From Candidatus Omnitrophota bacterium (lineage in GTDB: Bacteria; Omnitrophota; Gorgyraeia; Gygaellales; Profunditerraquicolaceae): DNA of 64,000 nt. Shown piece after piece: positions 28,521 through 38,845 of the stretch. Every line of letters starts with the position of its first letter. The stretch's first letter is position 1. Below the pieces are notes generated by a model. That model ran no database searches and had not been told where the DNA came from. It saw only the letters and a list, made by a program, of their open reading frames with translations. Location: contig JALOQK010000008.1 of assembly GCA_025453395.1 (NCBI GenBank), positions 938 to 64,937 of the forward strand. Reading direction: 5' to 3'. The position numbers and the translations under genes were made by a program.

Positions 28521-29404
28521 ATTTTTATTTCTGGCTGAAGCTCTATGCCAAACTTTCTTTTGACCTTAAGGCGTGCCAAATCCATCAAGGATAAAATATC
28601 GCTTGTTTTAGCGCGACCATCATTAATAATAAAATTAGCGTGCTTTGCGCTTATATAAGCCCCGCCAATGCGCTTGCCCTTAAGGCCGCAGGCGTCAATA
28701 AGTTTACCGGCAGACTGGCTTTTGGGGTTTTTAAACACGCACCCTGCGGAAAACCCGGACACCAGCTGTTTTTTCCTCCGGTATAAACAATAATCTTTTA
28801 TCATCCGCCTGATAACTTCTTTTTTTTGCGCCTTAAATCTAAAGCGGGCACTCAAAATAATGTACTTGCCTAAATTGCTTGCTCGATAGGCAAATTTTAT
28901 TCTATCTCTTGGAATAGCTTTTATCTTCCCGGCGGCATCCATCACTGTCACAGACAAAACTATATCCTGCATCCACCGTTTTTTATAAGCTTGCCCGGCG
29001 TTGCCAACTATCGCCCCTCCCACTGTCCCGGGAATGCCAGACAAAAATTCAAAGCCTCCCAGCCCCAGAGAAACCGCGTAAGAAACAACAGCCCCCAACG
29101 GGCATCCAGCGCCTGCCTCTATAAAATTGCGCGCCTTTTTTATTTTCTTGAAAAAAGGCGCTGACAACTGAATCACTGCGCCTTTTTTCCCCTGGTCTGA
29201 AATCAAAAGGTTGCTGCCTAAACCAATAATTGAATATGATATATTATATCTTTTTAGGCACTTTAGCAATAATTTTAAATCCTCTACTGTGCAAGGCTTA
29301 ATAAAATACTCTGCTTTCCCGCCCAGCCTAAAAGTAGTATGCCTGGATAAGGGATAATTAAGTTTTATTTTTATTCTGTTTTGACAATTCTTCGGCAATC
29401 TCAT
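28511..29404 (-). CDS. murB: UDP-N-acetylenolpyruvoylglucosamine reductase
   Basis: HTTFRLGG, GLGSNLL, GIPGTVGG, SAGCVFKNP, KHANF; start placed at the internal ATG (uncertain). Confidence 0.92.
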   Translation of the reverse strand: MRLPKNCQNRIKIKLNYPLSRHTTFRLGGKAEYFIKPCTVEDLKLLLKCLKRYNISYSIIGLGSNLLISDQGKKGAVIQLSAPFFKKIKKARNFIEAGAGCPLGAVVSYAVSLGLGGFEFLSGIPGTVGGAIVGNAGQAYKKRWMQDIVLSVTVMDAAGKIKAIPRDRIKFAYRASNLGKYIILSARFRFKAQKKEVIRRMIKDYCLYRRKKQLVSGFSAGCVFKNPKSQSAGKLIDACGLKGKRIGGAYISAKHANFIINDGRAKTSDILSLMDLARLKVKRKFGIELQPEIKIWK

Positions 29405-30740
29405 CAGATATTCTGGTAATATCACCCGCTCCCAATGTAAGAATTAGATCTTCTTTATTGAGGCCATCTATGACATGTTCTTTTATTTTATCTTTAGGCG
29501 TAAAGCACACCCGAGATCCCGGCATGGCCTTGGCTATTGCCAGGGCAAGATTTTGCGCATCCACTCCAGGAATAGGCTTTTCGCTTGCGGGGTAAATATC
29601 AGTGATGATCAATACGTCTGCCCCGGAAAAACATTTTGTAAACTCATCAAATAAACGCTGGGTGCGGCTGTAACGATGCGGCTGGAATATCACGACCATG
29701 CGCTTGTATTTAAGGTTATTTACCGCGGAAAGCGTGGCTTTTATCTCCGTAGGATGATGCGCGTAATCATCAATAAGCGCGCAACGGGAGTCTTGATATT
29801 TTACCTGGATACGCCTACCCGAACCTTTATAACCCTGAAGGGCGCTACTGATAATTGATTTATTAATCCCCAATTTCAAACCCAAGGCCACAACGCTTAA
29901 AGAATTTGAAATATTGTGCTTGCCCCCTAAAGATAATTTAAACCTGCCGATATTCTTATTCTTATAAATACAATCAAATTCTGAAGATAGTCCGTCCATC
30001 TTAATATTTGAAGCATAAATATGGTTATCTTTACCCAGGCCGAAGAATAAGAAATCTTCCGTGTATTTGGATAAAATCTGGCGCAAGTTAGAGTCGTCTC
30101 CGCAGGCAAACACACAGCCTCCAACAGCAGTTTTATCAATAAAATCAGAAAAACACCTTTTGAGATAATTAAAATCACGGTAATAATCCATATGTTCGTC
30201 GTCTAAATTCGTAATAACCGAATATAAAGGATTGTAATAAAGAAACGAACCGTCGGATTCATCCGCCTCAGCGACAAAAAATCCGCCATCCCCATGGCAG
30301 GCGTTATCCTGGATATTATTCAATATCCCGCCTATAACAACGCTTGGGCACATCTTGGCTTCCATCAAAAGGCAGGAAATAAGAGACGCGGTCGTGGTTT
30401 TCCCGTGAGCGCCTGTTACCGTAATTACTTTTTGCTCGCGCATAAGCTCTGCCAAAGCCTGGGCGCGCTTAATAACTCTGCGGGAAGATCTTCTTGCCTC
30501 CGCCAGCTCCGGATTGTCTTCTGCAATTGCTGATGAATAAACCACCAGGTCGGCATCGCCTAGATTTTCTTTGGCATGCCCAATAAAAATATCCGCCCCC
30601 TTAGAACGCAATAATGATATCAGACTAGTTTCTTTAACATCGGAGCCGCTCACGCGCGCGGCACCCCTGGTAATAAAAAGTTTGGCAATCCCGCTCATGC
30701 CGATGCCGCCGATGCCTATAAAATGAACATGCCTATTCAT
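29358..30740 (-). CDS. murC: UDP-N-acetylmuramate--L-alanine ligase
   Basis: GIGGIGMSG, GAHGKTTT, EADESDGSF, DDYAHHPTE, FQPHRYSR. Confidence 0.97.
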   Translation of the reverse strand: MNRHVHFIGIGGIGMSGIAKLFITRGAARVSGSDVKETSLISLLRSKGADIFIGHAKENLGDADLVVYSSAIAEDNPELAEARRSSRRVIKRAQALAELMREQKVITVTGAHGKTTTASLISCLLMEAKMCPSVVIGGILNNIQDNACHGDGGFFVAEADESDGSFLYYNPLYSVITNLDDEHMDYYRDFNYLKRCFSDFIDKTAVGGCVFACGDDSNLRQILSKYTEDFLFFGLGKDNHIYASNIKMDGLSSEFDCIYKNKNIGRFKLSLGGKHNISNSLSVVALGLKLGINKSIISSALQGYKGSGRRIQVKYQDSRCALIDDYAHHPTEIKATLSAVNNLKYKRMVVIFQPHRYSRTQRLFDEFTKCFSGADVLIITDIYPASEKPIPGVDAQNLALAIAKAMPGSRVCFTPKDKIKEHVIDGLNKEDLILTLGAGDITRISDEIAEELSKQNKNKT

Positions 30741-31518
30741 TCTTGAAAGAACTCTCCCATTTATCCCCTAATGCTTTTAAACCGTTTATAGGATAGGCTG
30801 ATTTTATAGCCTGATCCATATCCTTTTTATCCCTCAAATATCTGCAGAAATAAACAAAATAATCCTTGCCGAAATTAGCGATAAGATAATCCACGATGCT
30901 GACCGACTCCATATAAAACAAATCGATTTTATCCTTATCTTCCAGCATGGACGGGTTTAAGCGGATTAACTGCGAAAATGGGATAAATTCCCCTTTGCTA
31001 TATGCCTTTTGCAGTATATAACGCAGGCCTATGTACCTTGTTTTCTGGTGATAAGAAGCCACTGCTTCATCCAGCCATACCGGCACAGCAGGGTTACCCA
31101 CTCCAACAAATTCCCGAAAGATAATATGCGCCATTTCATGGGATAATATCTGTTCAGAGAAACCTGAAGGCTTAGCATAGCTGTAGATCTCTTTTTCTTT
31201 TAGAGAGGCGTGTCCTCCCGCCCATTGCGGCTGTCCGGTCAACCTATGGTATTGTTCTTTGGTATCATATATGTATATCTTGGCGCGGTCATCCCAGAGC
31301 CAAAAGTCAAACCTCCTGAATCCTAATTCATCAGCAATAAGATTATAGTAGTTTTCCGCGCTTGACATTAGGTTATTTATAAAATCCTCCGGGGCATTCT
31401 GGTAGCAAACAATAAAATGCGTGCCTTTCTTCTCTTGCCACTTTTCATCAGCAAAAGAACTCTTAAAATAAAATAAAACAACCGCCAGGGCGATAGTGAC
31501 CGCTATGTTTATTTTCAT
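30733..31518 (-). CDS. Exported gluzincin metallopeptidase (peptidase MA-like)
   Basis: Signal peptide, HEMAH (HExxH) and downstream PVWLDEA third-ligand motif. Confidence 0.75.
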   Translation of the reverse strand: MKINIAVTIALAVVLFYFKSSFADEKWQEKKGTHFIVCYQNAPEDFINNLMSSAENYYNLIADELGFRRFDFWLWDDRAKIYIYDTKEQYHRLTGQPQWAGGHASLKEKEIYSYAKPSGFSEQILSHEMAHIIFREFVGVGNPAVPVWLDEAVASYHQKTRYIGLRYILQKAYSKGEFIPFSQLIRLNPSMLEDKDKIDLFYMESVSIVDYLIANFGKDYFVYFCRYLRDKKDMDQAIKSAYPINGLKALGDKWESSFKNE

Positions 31519-31521
31519 CTT

Positions 31522-32619
31522 TTAGGGCAAGAAAAATGAATCCGCAAGCCTGATCATATTGCCTAAAGCATCTATACTGGCCAAAGGCTGGTATGATTGG
31601 CGCATCTTTAGCAGATTTTCTTCAGAACAAACCAAGGGCTCTATTATCTGATTTAAAACTAAGGCGCTTAAATCACAATCTTGGACAATCGAACAAGCCC
31701 CGCACTGCGCGAGGACTTGGGCGTTAGCTTTTTGATGGCAGCGCGCATAAGGATATGGCACTAAAACCGCCGGAAGCTTATAGCGGATCAGCTCGCTTAT
31801 GGTCATCGCTCCGGAACGCGCAACAGAAAAACAAGAAGCGCTATACGCGTAGTGCATTTTATCAAAATAACTAAACAGCTTGTACTCTATATTTAAGCTT
31901 TTGTATTCTTCCTGAAGAAAAGCGTAATCATTGGCCCCGCAAATATGTATAACCTGAAGTTTAGCACAAAATTTACATTCTTTCAAAAAACTGATAAAGG
32001 CGCTGTTTATGCTGCTACTGCCTTGGCTTCCTCCGGAAACAAGTATGGTAAATTTACAAGCAGAGAAACCAAAATAAGACAACGCTTCTTGCTGGGGCAA
32101 AATAACCAAATCCTTACGTAAAGGGTTCCCGGTAAAGGCCACTTTACTTCTTGAAAAAGTTAAATAACCCTTTGTCCCTTCAAAAGACACTGCTATTTTA
32201 TCCGCAAAATATGACAAAAAAACAGTTGCCGCGCCCGGGACAACATTCTGCTCATGGATTAGGGTATTGGCCCTGAATAACCAGCCCCAGAAAACAAAAG
32301 CAACGCTGGTGATACTGCCGAAACCAACTACCAGGTCGGGCCTAAAATTTAAAACATCCCTTGCTGCTTCCAAAGAACTCTTAAAAGTTTTAAGAACATT
32401 CAAGAGGTTTTTTATTTTTAAGGACGGTTTCAATGAAAAAATAGCAACATATTTTACCTTTACATTAAGAAGCTCGATTTCCCGCCTGACAACGCTATTG
32501 ACAGGCAAAACCAGAAGTATTTCTGCAGCATCTTTCTTATCTTTTAAGCCTTGGATAAAAGCCAAAGCCGGAAAGATATGCCCGCCGCTTGCCCCAGAAA
32601 CAACTAGGATCTTTTTCAC
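31522..32619 (-). CDS. murG: Undecaprenyl-PP-MurNAc-pentapeptide GlcNAc transferase
   Basis: GASGGHIFPA, HEQNVVPG, TGNPLR, GGSQG, RSGAMT, HQKANA. Confidence 0.95.
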   Translation of the reverse strand: MKKILVVSGASGGHIFPALAFIQGLKDKKDAAEILLVLPVNSVVRREIELLNVKVKYVAIFSLKPSLKIKNLLNVLKTFKSSLEAARDVLNFRPDLVVGFGSITSVAFVFWGWLFRANTLIHEQNVVPGAATVFLSYFADKIAVSFEGTKGYLTFSRSKVAFTGNPLRKDLVILPQQEALSYFGFSACKFTILVSGGSQGSSSINSAFISFLKECKFCAKLQVIHICGANDYAFLQEEYKSLNIEYKLFSYFDKMHYAYSASCFSVARSGAMTISELIRYKLPAVLVPYPYARCHQKANAQVLAQCGACSIVQDCDLSALVLNQIIEPLVCSEENLLKMRQSYQPLASIDALGNMIRLADSFFLP

Positions 32620-33710
32620 GGATAGTCCCCTGTGCGCGCGATATTCATAATAATGCCAACGCTTACCATATCAAATATGAATGAGGACCCTCCGTAGCTT
32701 ATAAAAGGTAACGGCAGCCCCTTAGTCGGCATAACCCCACAGGAAACCCCGATATTGACTACCGCCTTAAAGGCAATCATTGAAACAAGGCCCAAAATAA
32801 GGAAATACCCGAACCTGTCCAAAGTGTTACGGGCGATTTTCACGCATTGCCAGATAAAAAGCATAAAAAGCATAATCACGCACAATGTCCCGATCAGGCC
32901 TAATTCTTCTCCGATAATTGAAAAAATAAAATCCGTGTGCGCTGCTGGAAGGTAAAAAAGCTTCTGTTTGGAATGGCCCAGGCCTTCGCCAAAAAAGCCT
33001 CCTGAGCCAATGGCCACCTGTGATTGAATAACCTGAAAACCGCTTCCTTTGGCATCCGCCCATGGATCCAAAAAAGCAAGTATCCTCGCTCTGCGGTAAG
33101 GCACGCTAAAAACCAAAAGGTATAGCGCTGGCAAGCTTAATAGAAATAAATAGACTAAATAGCTCTTTCTTACCCCGGCGACAAAAAGCATAGTAAAGAT
33201 AACAAGGCCTAAAGAAACTGTTGTCCCCAGATCAGGCTGAACCAAGATCAATAGAGCAGTCATGCCTAACGCCATGATAACCGGCATAAACCCTCTCCAA
33301 AAGGATTTAATCAAATCACCTTTTCTGGCGATAAAATCAGCGGTATAAATAATAAGCGCCAGATTTGCCAATTCCGATGGCTGAAAACTTAAGAACTTAA
33401 ACCGAAACCATCTGCGGGCGCCTGATATCTCCCTGCCAATTCCCGGAATAAGCACTAGAACAAGCAGGATCAATGAAATAACAAGAAAAGGCTTGGCAAA
33501 GCGCCTAAATTTATGATAATCCATGGCCATAGCCAGAAATGAAAGGAAAATCCCGATAATAAGAAAAGCGATATGCCGCTTAAGAAAAAACAGGCTGTCA
33601 TTCTGCTTTTCCATGGCATAGATTCCGGAAGAGCTATAGATCATTACTATCCCGACACAAATCAATATAACAGTAATTGCGAAAAGATTTATACGTAAGT
33701 TTCTAATCAT
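32616..33710 (-). CDS. ftsW: FtsW (SEDS glycosyltransferase)
   Basis: GARRW, FQPSE, QPDLGT, LPAAHTDFIF, PTKGLPLPFISYGGSS; located in the dcw cluster. Confidence 0.94.
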   Translation of the reverse strand: MIRNLRINLFAITVILICVGIVMIYSSSGIYAMEKQNDSLFFLKRHIAFLIIGIFLSFLAMAMDYHKFRRFAKPFLVISLILLVLVLIPGIGREISGARRWFRFKFLSFQPSELANLALIIYTADFIARKGDLIKSFWRGFMPVIMALGMTALLILVQPDLGTTVSLGLVIFTMLFVAGVRKSYLVYLFLLSLPALYLLVFSVPYRRARILAFLDPWADAKGSGFQVIQSQVAIGSGGFFGEGLGHSKQKLFYLPAAHTDFIFSIIGEELGLIGTLCVIMLFMLFIWQCVKIARNTLDRFGYFLILGLVSMIAFKAVVNIGVSCGVMPTKGLPLPFISYGGSSFIFDMVSVGIIMNIARTGDYP

Positions 33711-33712
33711 TG

Positions 33713-34966
33713 CTATAACTTTAATACCTCTTTCTTAAAAACTTCCCCCCGCTGTTTATAGTTATCAAACATATCAAAACTGGAGCACATAGGAGACAAA
33801 AGAACATAATCGCCGCTGTTGGCATTTAAAAAAGCCTTAACCACCGCGTCACGCATAGAAGAAGCTTCTATAACCGGTATTTTCTTAAAGATACACCGGC
33901 GGATTTTGTCTTTTGCTTCTCCGATCAAAACAGCAAGCCTGACTTTCCCGGCAGCCTCTTTAAGCATTAATCCGTAATCTACTCCCTTGTCTTTTCCTCC
34001 GGCAATTAAAACAACATCTGAATTGATATTTCTTAAAGCCCAAACGCAAGATTCAACAGTAGTGGCCTTAGAGTCATTAATAAAGCTTACCCCTTTTTTC
34101 TTAGCCACAAATTCCATGCGATGCGCCAGGCCTTTAAATGCGCTGAACACTTTAAGACAAGTCTTACGCGCAATACCCAAGAGTTCTCCAACCTTGATTA
34201 CCGCCTGCTGATTAGGATTCAATTTGCCATCTGGCTCGTACCAAACAATCTCAGAAAGAGCGCTTTTGGAAACTTTCTTTAGCAGCTTGTCCTTGCTGTT
34301 AAGAACAAGATAATCTGAAGGGCCCTGATTTATGAAAATACGTTTCTTGGCCTCTAAGTATTCCCGCATATCTTTATGGCGGTCAAGATGATTGCGGTTA
34401 AAATTCAGAATAAGGGCTATTTTAGGACGAAAATTATAGCAGCTCTCCAGCTGAAAAGAACTGACTTCTAAAGAAACGAAATCTTCCGGGCGCATCTTCT
34501 TGACTAAAGACGTAAAAGGCGTGCCGATATTCCCGCAAACAAACACCCTGCGGGAACTGGCTTCTATGATCTTGCCGATCAAAGTTGTAACCGTGGTCTT
34601 GCCATTTGAACCGGTAACCGCGATGATTGAAGCATCACACAACATCCACCCTACTTCTATCTCGCTTATCGCAGGAATATTCTTTTCTTTAGCCCAAAGA
34701 ACTGGCTGGCTTACGGGGGTTACGCCCGGGGAGAGGACCAGCAGATCGCTTTTCTGAATTAAATCCTTACTGTGTTTGCCGGTTTCCACAAAAATATTTT
34801 TATCTTTTAGCTTCTTAGCTAGACAACGAACCGGTGCATCGTCCTTATTATCGGTAACGCTAACCCTAGACCCCAAATCATGAAGCAAATTCGCGCAGGA
34901 AAAACCGGAACTAGCTAAACCTACCACAGTTATTCTCTTGTCGCGGAAAAATTCAATATTTCTCAT
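33713..34966 (-). CDS. murD: UDP-MurNAc-L-Ala--D-glutamate ligase
   Basis: TGSNGKTT, GNIG, EVSSFQL, NDSKAT, LLSPMCSSFDMF. Confidence 0.96.
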   Translation of the reverse strand: MRNIEFFRDKRITVVGLASSGFSCANLLHDLGSRVSVTDNKDDAPVRCLAKKLKDKNIFVETGKHSKDLIQKSDLLVLSPGVTPVSQPVLWAKEKNIPAISEIEVGWMLCDASIIAVTGSNGKTTVTTLIGKIIEASSRRVFVCGNIGTPFTSLVKKMRPEDFVSLEVSSFQLESCYNFRPKIALILNFNRNHLDRHKDMREYLEAKKRIFINQGPSDYLVLNSKDKLLKKVSKSALSEIVWYEPDGKLNPNQQAVIKVGELLGIARKTCLKVFSAFKGLAHRMEFVAKKKGVSFINDSKATTVESCVWALRNINSDVVLIAGGKDKGVDYGLMLKEAAGKVRLAVLIGEAKDKIRRCIFKKIPVIEASSMRDAVVKAFLNANSGDYVLLSPMCSSFDMFDNYKQRGEVFKKEVLKL

Positions 34967-34967
34967 A

Positions 34968-36056
34968 TTACCGTATCTTTAAAGTAACGATGGTAAATAA
35001 AGCCAGAAGGCTGGCGATAATCCAAAACCGCACGATAACTTTATTTTCCTGCCATCCTGAAAAGCGAAAATGATGGTGTATCGGCGCAATCTTAAATATC
35101 CGCTTCTTGAAGAAACGGAAAGAAAATACCTGTAAGATAACTGATAGCGCTTCTACGACAAAAATCCCTCCCACTATCCCTAAAAGAAATTCTTTTTTAA
35201 TGAAAACCGCTACCGCCCCCAAACATCCGCCTAAGGCGAGGGAACCCACATCTCCCATAAAAATAGACGCCGGATAACAATTAAACCACAAAAAACCTAA
35301 ACCCGCGCCCAGGATACTGGCGCATAAAACTGTTAATTCTCCCGCCCCTCTTATATAGGGTATTAATAAGTAACTGCTGAATTTGATATTCCCGGAAACA
35401 TAACTTAAGACGCTAAAGGCAACCGCCACCATTATTACGCATCCAATAGCCAAACCATCAAGCCCGTCAGTCAGATTTACCGCGTTTGAAGTTCCGGTAA
35501 TAACCAAAACCACAAATAAAATATATAAAATTCCTAAATCAATAGAAACATCTTTTAGAAACGGTATATCTAATTTAGTACTTATCTGAGGATCAAGATA
35601 AATAAAAGCCCCCAAGATAAATCCTAAAGTTATTTGGCTGATTAGTTTCTGTGAAGCATTCATCCCCTTGGCGCGGTGTTTTATCTGCTTTAGGTAATCA
35701 TCGGCAAAACCAGTGGCCCCCAGCCAAACAATCACCAGTATCGATAAGAGTATATATTTATCGGTCATGTCAGCCCACAAAAACAAGGATATTAAAATCG
35801 CGGCAATAATGAATATTCCCCCCATGGTCGGAGTATCACGCTTAAAGCTGTGCTGTTTATCCAAATCCGCGCTATCGCCTTTGTTAATCTTCTCGGTAAG
35901 CTTATATTGTTTTAATATCTTAATCACCAATGGCCCAAAAATAAGGCTTAACAGAAAAGCGGTGATCGCTGCCATGGCCGCGCGAAAAGTGATATATTGA
36001 AATATATTCAAAAAAGGCAATATATCTCTTAAGGGATATAAAAGACTGTGTAACAT
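34968..36056 (-). CDS. mraY: Phospho-MurNAc-pentapeptide transferase
   Basis: TPTMGG, ADDY, NAVNLTDGLDGL, FMGDVGS, APIHHHF. Confidence 0.97.
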   Translation of the reverse strand: MLHSLLYPLRDILPFLNIFQYITFRAAMAAITAFLLSLIFGPLVIKILKQYKLTEKINKGDSADLDKQHSFKRDTPTMGGIFIIAAILISLFLWADMTDKYILLSILVIVWLGATGFADDYLKQIKHRAKGMNASQKLISQITLGFILGAFIYLDPQISTKLDIPFLKDVSIDLGILYILFVVLVITGTSNAVNLTDGLDGLAIGCVIMVAVAFSVLSYVSGNIKFSSYLLIPYIRGAGELTVLCASILGAGLGFLWFNCYPASIFMGDVGSLALGGCLGAVAVFIKKEFLLGIVGGIFVVEALSVILQVFSFRFFKKRIFKIAPIHHHFRFSGWQENKVIVRFWIIASLLALFTIVTLKIR

Positions 36057-36057
36057 T

Positions 36058-37407
36058 TTACGTAATTACTCCTTCCATTTTCATAGAACGTGAGCCCTTA
36101 ACTAAAATCAGATCGTGCTTATCCGGATTCACCTTATCCAAAAGAATGTTTTTTGCTTCTTGGGCGCTTTCGCATGTAAAAACAGATTGCGCGCCGTTTT
36201 TAACAGCCTGCTTTGCCGCGTATTTGGCTAATTTGCCAACGCAAATAATAACGTCACAGACACCCGCCGCAAATTCTCCGGATTCTTTATGAAAATTCTT
36301 GGAGTTCTCCCCCAGCTCCAACATATCTGCCATGACCAGTATCCTTCTTTTCTTTACCGGATAATCCTTCAGGGCCTGCAAAGCCATCTTTAAAGAAAGC
36401 GGATTGCAGTTATAAGTATCATCAATAAATTTTAGGCTCCCCTTTTTAATTATGCTTAATCTGCCTTGCGGAAATTTGAAATTTCTTAATCTTGAAGCGA
36501 TCTGTTTATAGCTTACTCCCAAAATCCTAGCTGTGGCCACAGAAGATAAGGCATTATACACATTATATTGCCCGCAAGTAGATAAAGCAACTCTTTGTCT
36601 GTTATTCACCACAAACATGGCCTTTTCTTTAAAAAGCCTGACAGAAGAAGCCTGAAAGTCGCTTTTTTTATTTATCCCGAAACCTATCGAGATGGGGCTT
36701 TTAACGCCTGATGCTTTACGGTATAAAAAAGGATCGTCATAGTTGAATACCGCTATACCCTTGGGCCTTAGGTTACGGATAAGGCTATATTTCTCAGAAA
36801 ATACTCCTTGGAGGTCCTTTAAATACTCCAAATGCGAACAGCCAATATTAGTAATCACTCCGATATCAGGGGAAGCGATCTGGGCTAAATATTCAATCTC
36901 GCCAAAATGGTTAGTGCCTAATTCTAAAACCACCACTTGGTGTTTTCCTGAAAGCTCAAGAAGCGTCATGGGCAGACCAATATGATTATTTTTCGTGCCC
37001 TTGGTTTTAAGCACCTTAAACGCGCCCGATAAAACCCATGAGAGCATATCCTTGGTTGTAGTCTTTCCATTACTGCCGGTGACAGCGATCACAACAGGAT
37101 TGAATTTATTCCTTACATAAGAAGCCAGATAACCTAAAACCTTAAGGGTGTCTTTCCCGACTAAGAAAGTTACGCTCTTAGGCACTTGAGCGGATAAATC
37201 CTTCTGGGCGATAATACACCCGGCGCCATTTTTAACTGCTTGCTTTATAAAATCATGCCCATCCAGACGCTTGCCCTTTATGGCCACAAAAATATCGCCG
37301 GCAGCAACCTGGCGGGAATCAATGACAACTTTCCTAAAGGAATTTTTGCTGCCTGCCTGCGCCAAAGAAATGCGGCCATGGATAATTAATTCTTTTATCT
37401 TAAACAT
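36058..37407 (-). CDS. murF: UDP-MurNAc-tripeptide--D-Ala-D-Ala ligase
   Basis: DSRQ, DGHDF, TGSNGKTTTK, NNHIGLP, DTYN, DMLELG, KGSR. Confidence 0.95.
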   Translation of the reverse strand: MFKIKELIIHGRISLAQAGSKNSFRKVVIDSRQVAAGDIFVAIKGKRLDGHDFIKQAVKNGAGCIIAQKDLSAQVPKSVTFLVGKDTLKVLGYLASYVRNKFNPVVIAVTGSNGKTTTKDMLSWVLSGAFKVLKTKGTKNNHIGLPMTLLELSGKHQVVVLELGTNHFGEIEYLAQIASPDIGVITNIGCSHLEYLKDLQGVFSEKYSLIRNLRPKGIAVFNYDDPFLYRKASGVKSPISIGFGINKKSDFQASSVRLFKEKAMFVVNNRQRVALSTCGQYNVYNALSSVATARILGVSYKQIASRLRNFKFPQGRLSIIKKGSLKFIDDTYNCNPLSLKMALQALKDYPVKKRRILVMADMLELGENSKNFHKESGEFAAGVCDVIICVGKLAKYAAKQAVKNGAQSVFTCESAQEAKNILLDKVNPDKHDLILVKGSRSMKMEGVIT

Positions 37408-38843
37408 TTTAAAGCAACCTTGCGATCGTCAAAATCAATTCTTTTGTTTTTTAATATCTGGTAATGCTCATGGCCTTTACCGGCGATAAGAACAACCTCG
37501 CCTTTATCTGCCAGGGAAATAGCCTTCTTGACCGCCTTTTCCCTGTCCGTAATAATTTCATAATTATTCTTACTAATGCCAGAAACGATATCTTGGATAA
37601 TCTTATGCGGATCTTCCTGCCGCGGGTTATCGTTGGTAATAATGGCATGATCGGCTAATTGCGTAACCACTTTGCCCATTTTAGGGCGCTTCAGAGAATC
37701 CCTGTCCCCTCCGCAACCAAAAACTACAATAACTTTATTGCCTGATATGCCTCTAAGCGCGCCGATCACATTCCTCAAGGCGTCATCGGTATGGGCATAA
37801 TCCACAAAAACGTTAATCCCTTTTCTATTAGCCACGCGCTCTAATCTGCCTCGGACAGTCTTAAAGTTTTCTATGGCAGATACGATATTCTTTAAGGCAA
37901 TTGCTTCTTTTAACCCCCAAGAAAAAGCTGCCAGGACATTATAGACATTATGCCTGCCAATTAAAGAAGTCTTTAAAGAAACTTCTCTTTTCCCAAACTT
38001 AATACAAAAACTTGTCCCGCTATAACTGCATTTAATATCTTCTGCCCGGACATCAGCTTTATTCTCTATCCCATAGGTTATAACATCTGTTTTTATAAAA
38101 GGCATCATTTTCCTGCCATAGGCATCATCAATATTGACTACCGCAAAATTTCTTCCCCTCAGAGACTTAAAAAGTTTCAATTTCGCCTGAAAATAACTGT
38201 CCATATCATGGTGATAATCTAAATGATCCTGTGTAATATTAGTAAATACCGCAGAGCTAAATTTAATCCCGCCAACCCTATTTTGATCTAAGGCGTGAGA
38301 AGAAACCTCCATAACAAGATAATCAACTTTGCCGTTTTGCATACTGCTTAGTATCTGGGCAAGCTCGAGCGGGCCGGGGGTAGTATTAACAGGGGAGAAA
38401 TATTTATTATTAAAACGGTAATTGATTGTTCCGATAACACCGGGGTTGTTAAGCGCTTTCTTTAGGATAGCTTCAATAATATAAGAAACTGTGGTCTTGC
38501 CATTGGTGCCGGTAATGCCGATAACTTTTATCTCTTCAGATGGCCTGCCATAAAAAGCGTTCGATATTACTGCTAAGGCCTGGCGGCTATCTTTTACTTT
38601 TACTACATGGATATTCCTATCTTTACAGCGATCTTCATCCTGGAGAATAATACACTTTGCCCCAAGGCGCAGCGCCTCGGGAATAAAATCATGGGCATCA
38701 CAACAAGCCCCTTTGATCGCCACAAAAACAGAATCTTTTGTTACTTGCTTGGAATCACAAAAAATTCCTTTGACCAGGAAATCGTTTCCGCAAGAAACAA
38801 GCTTGCCTTGCCCTAAAGATTTCAGAAGTTTCTTTATGCGCAT
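37395..38843 (-). CDS. murE: UDP-MurNAc-dipeptide--meso-DAP ligase
   Basis: TGTNGKTT, MEVSSH, DYAHTDD, GCGGDRD, DNPR (meso-DAP specificity motif), GKGHE. Confidence 0.96.
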   Translation of the reverse strand: MRIKKLLKSLGQGKLVSCGNDFLVKGIFCDSKQVTKDSVFVAIKGACCDAHDFIPEALRLGAKCIILQDEDRCKDRNIHVVKVKDSRQALAVISNAFYGRPSEEIKVIGITGTNGKTTVSYIIEAILKKALNNPGVIGTINYRFNNKYFSPVNTTPGPLELAQILSSMQNGKVDYLVMEVSSHALDQNRVGGIKFSSAVFTNITQDHLDYHHDMDSYFQAKLKLFKSLRGRNFAVVNIDDAYGRKMMPFIKTDVITYGIENKADVRAEDIKCSYSGTSFCIKFGKREVSLKTSLIGRHNVYNVLAAFSWGLKEAIALKNIVSAIENFKTVRGRLERVANRKGINVFVDYAHTDDALRNVIGALRGISGNKVIVVFGCGGDRDSLKRPKMGKVVTQLADHAIITNDNPRQEDPHKIIQDIVSGISKNNYEIITDREKAVKKAISLADKGEVVLIAGKGHEHYQILKNKRIDFDDRKVALKCLR

Positions 38844-38845
38844 TC

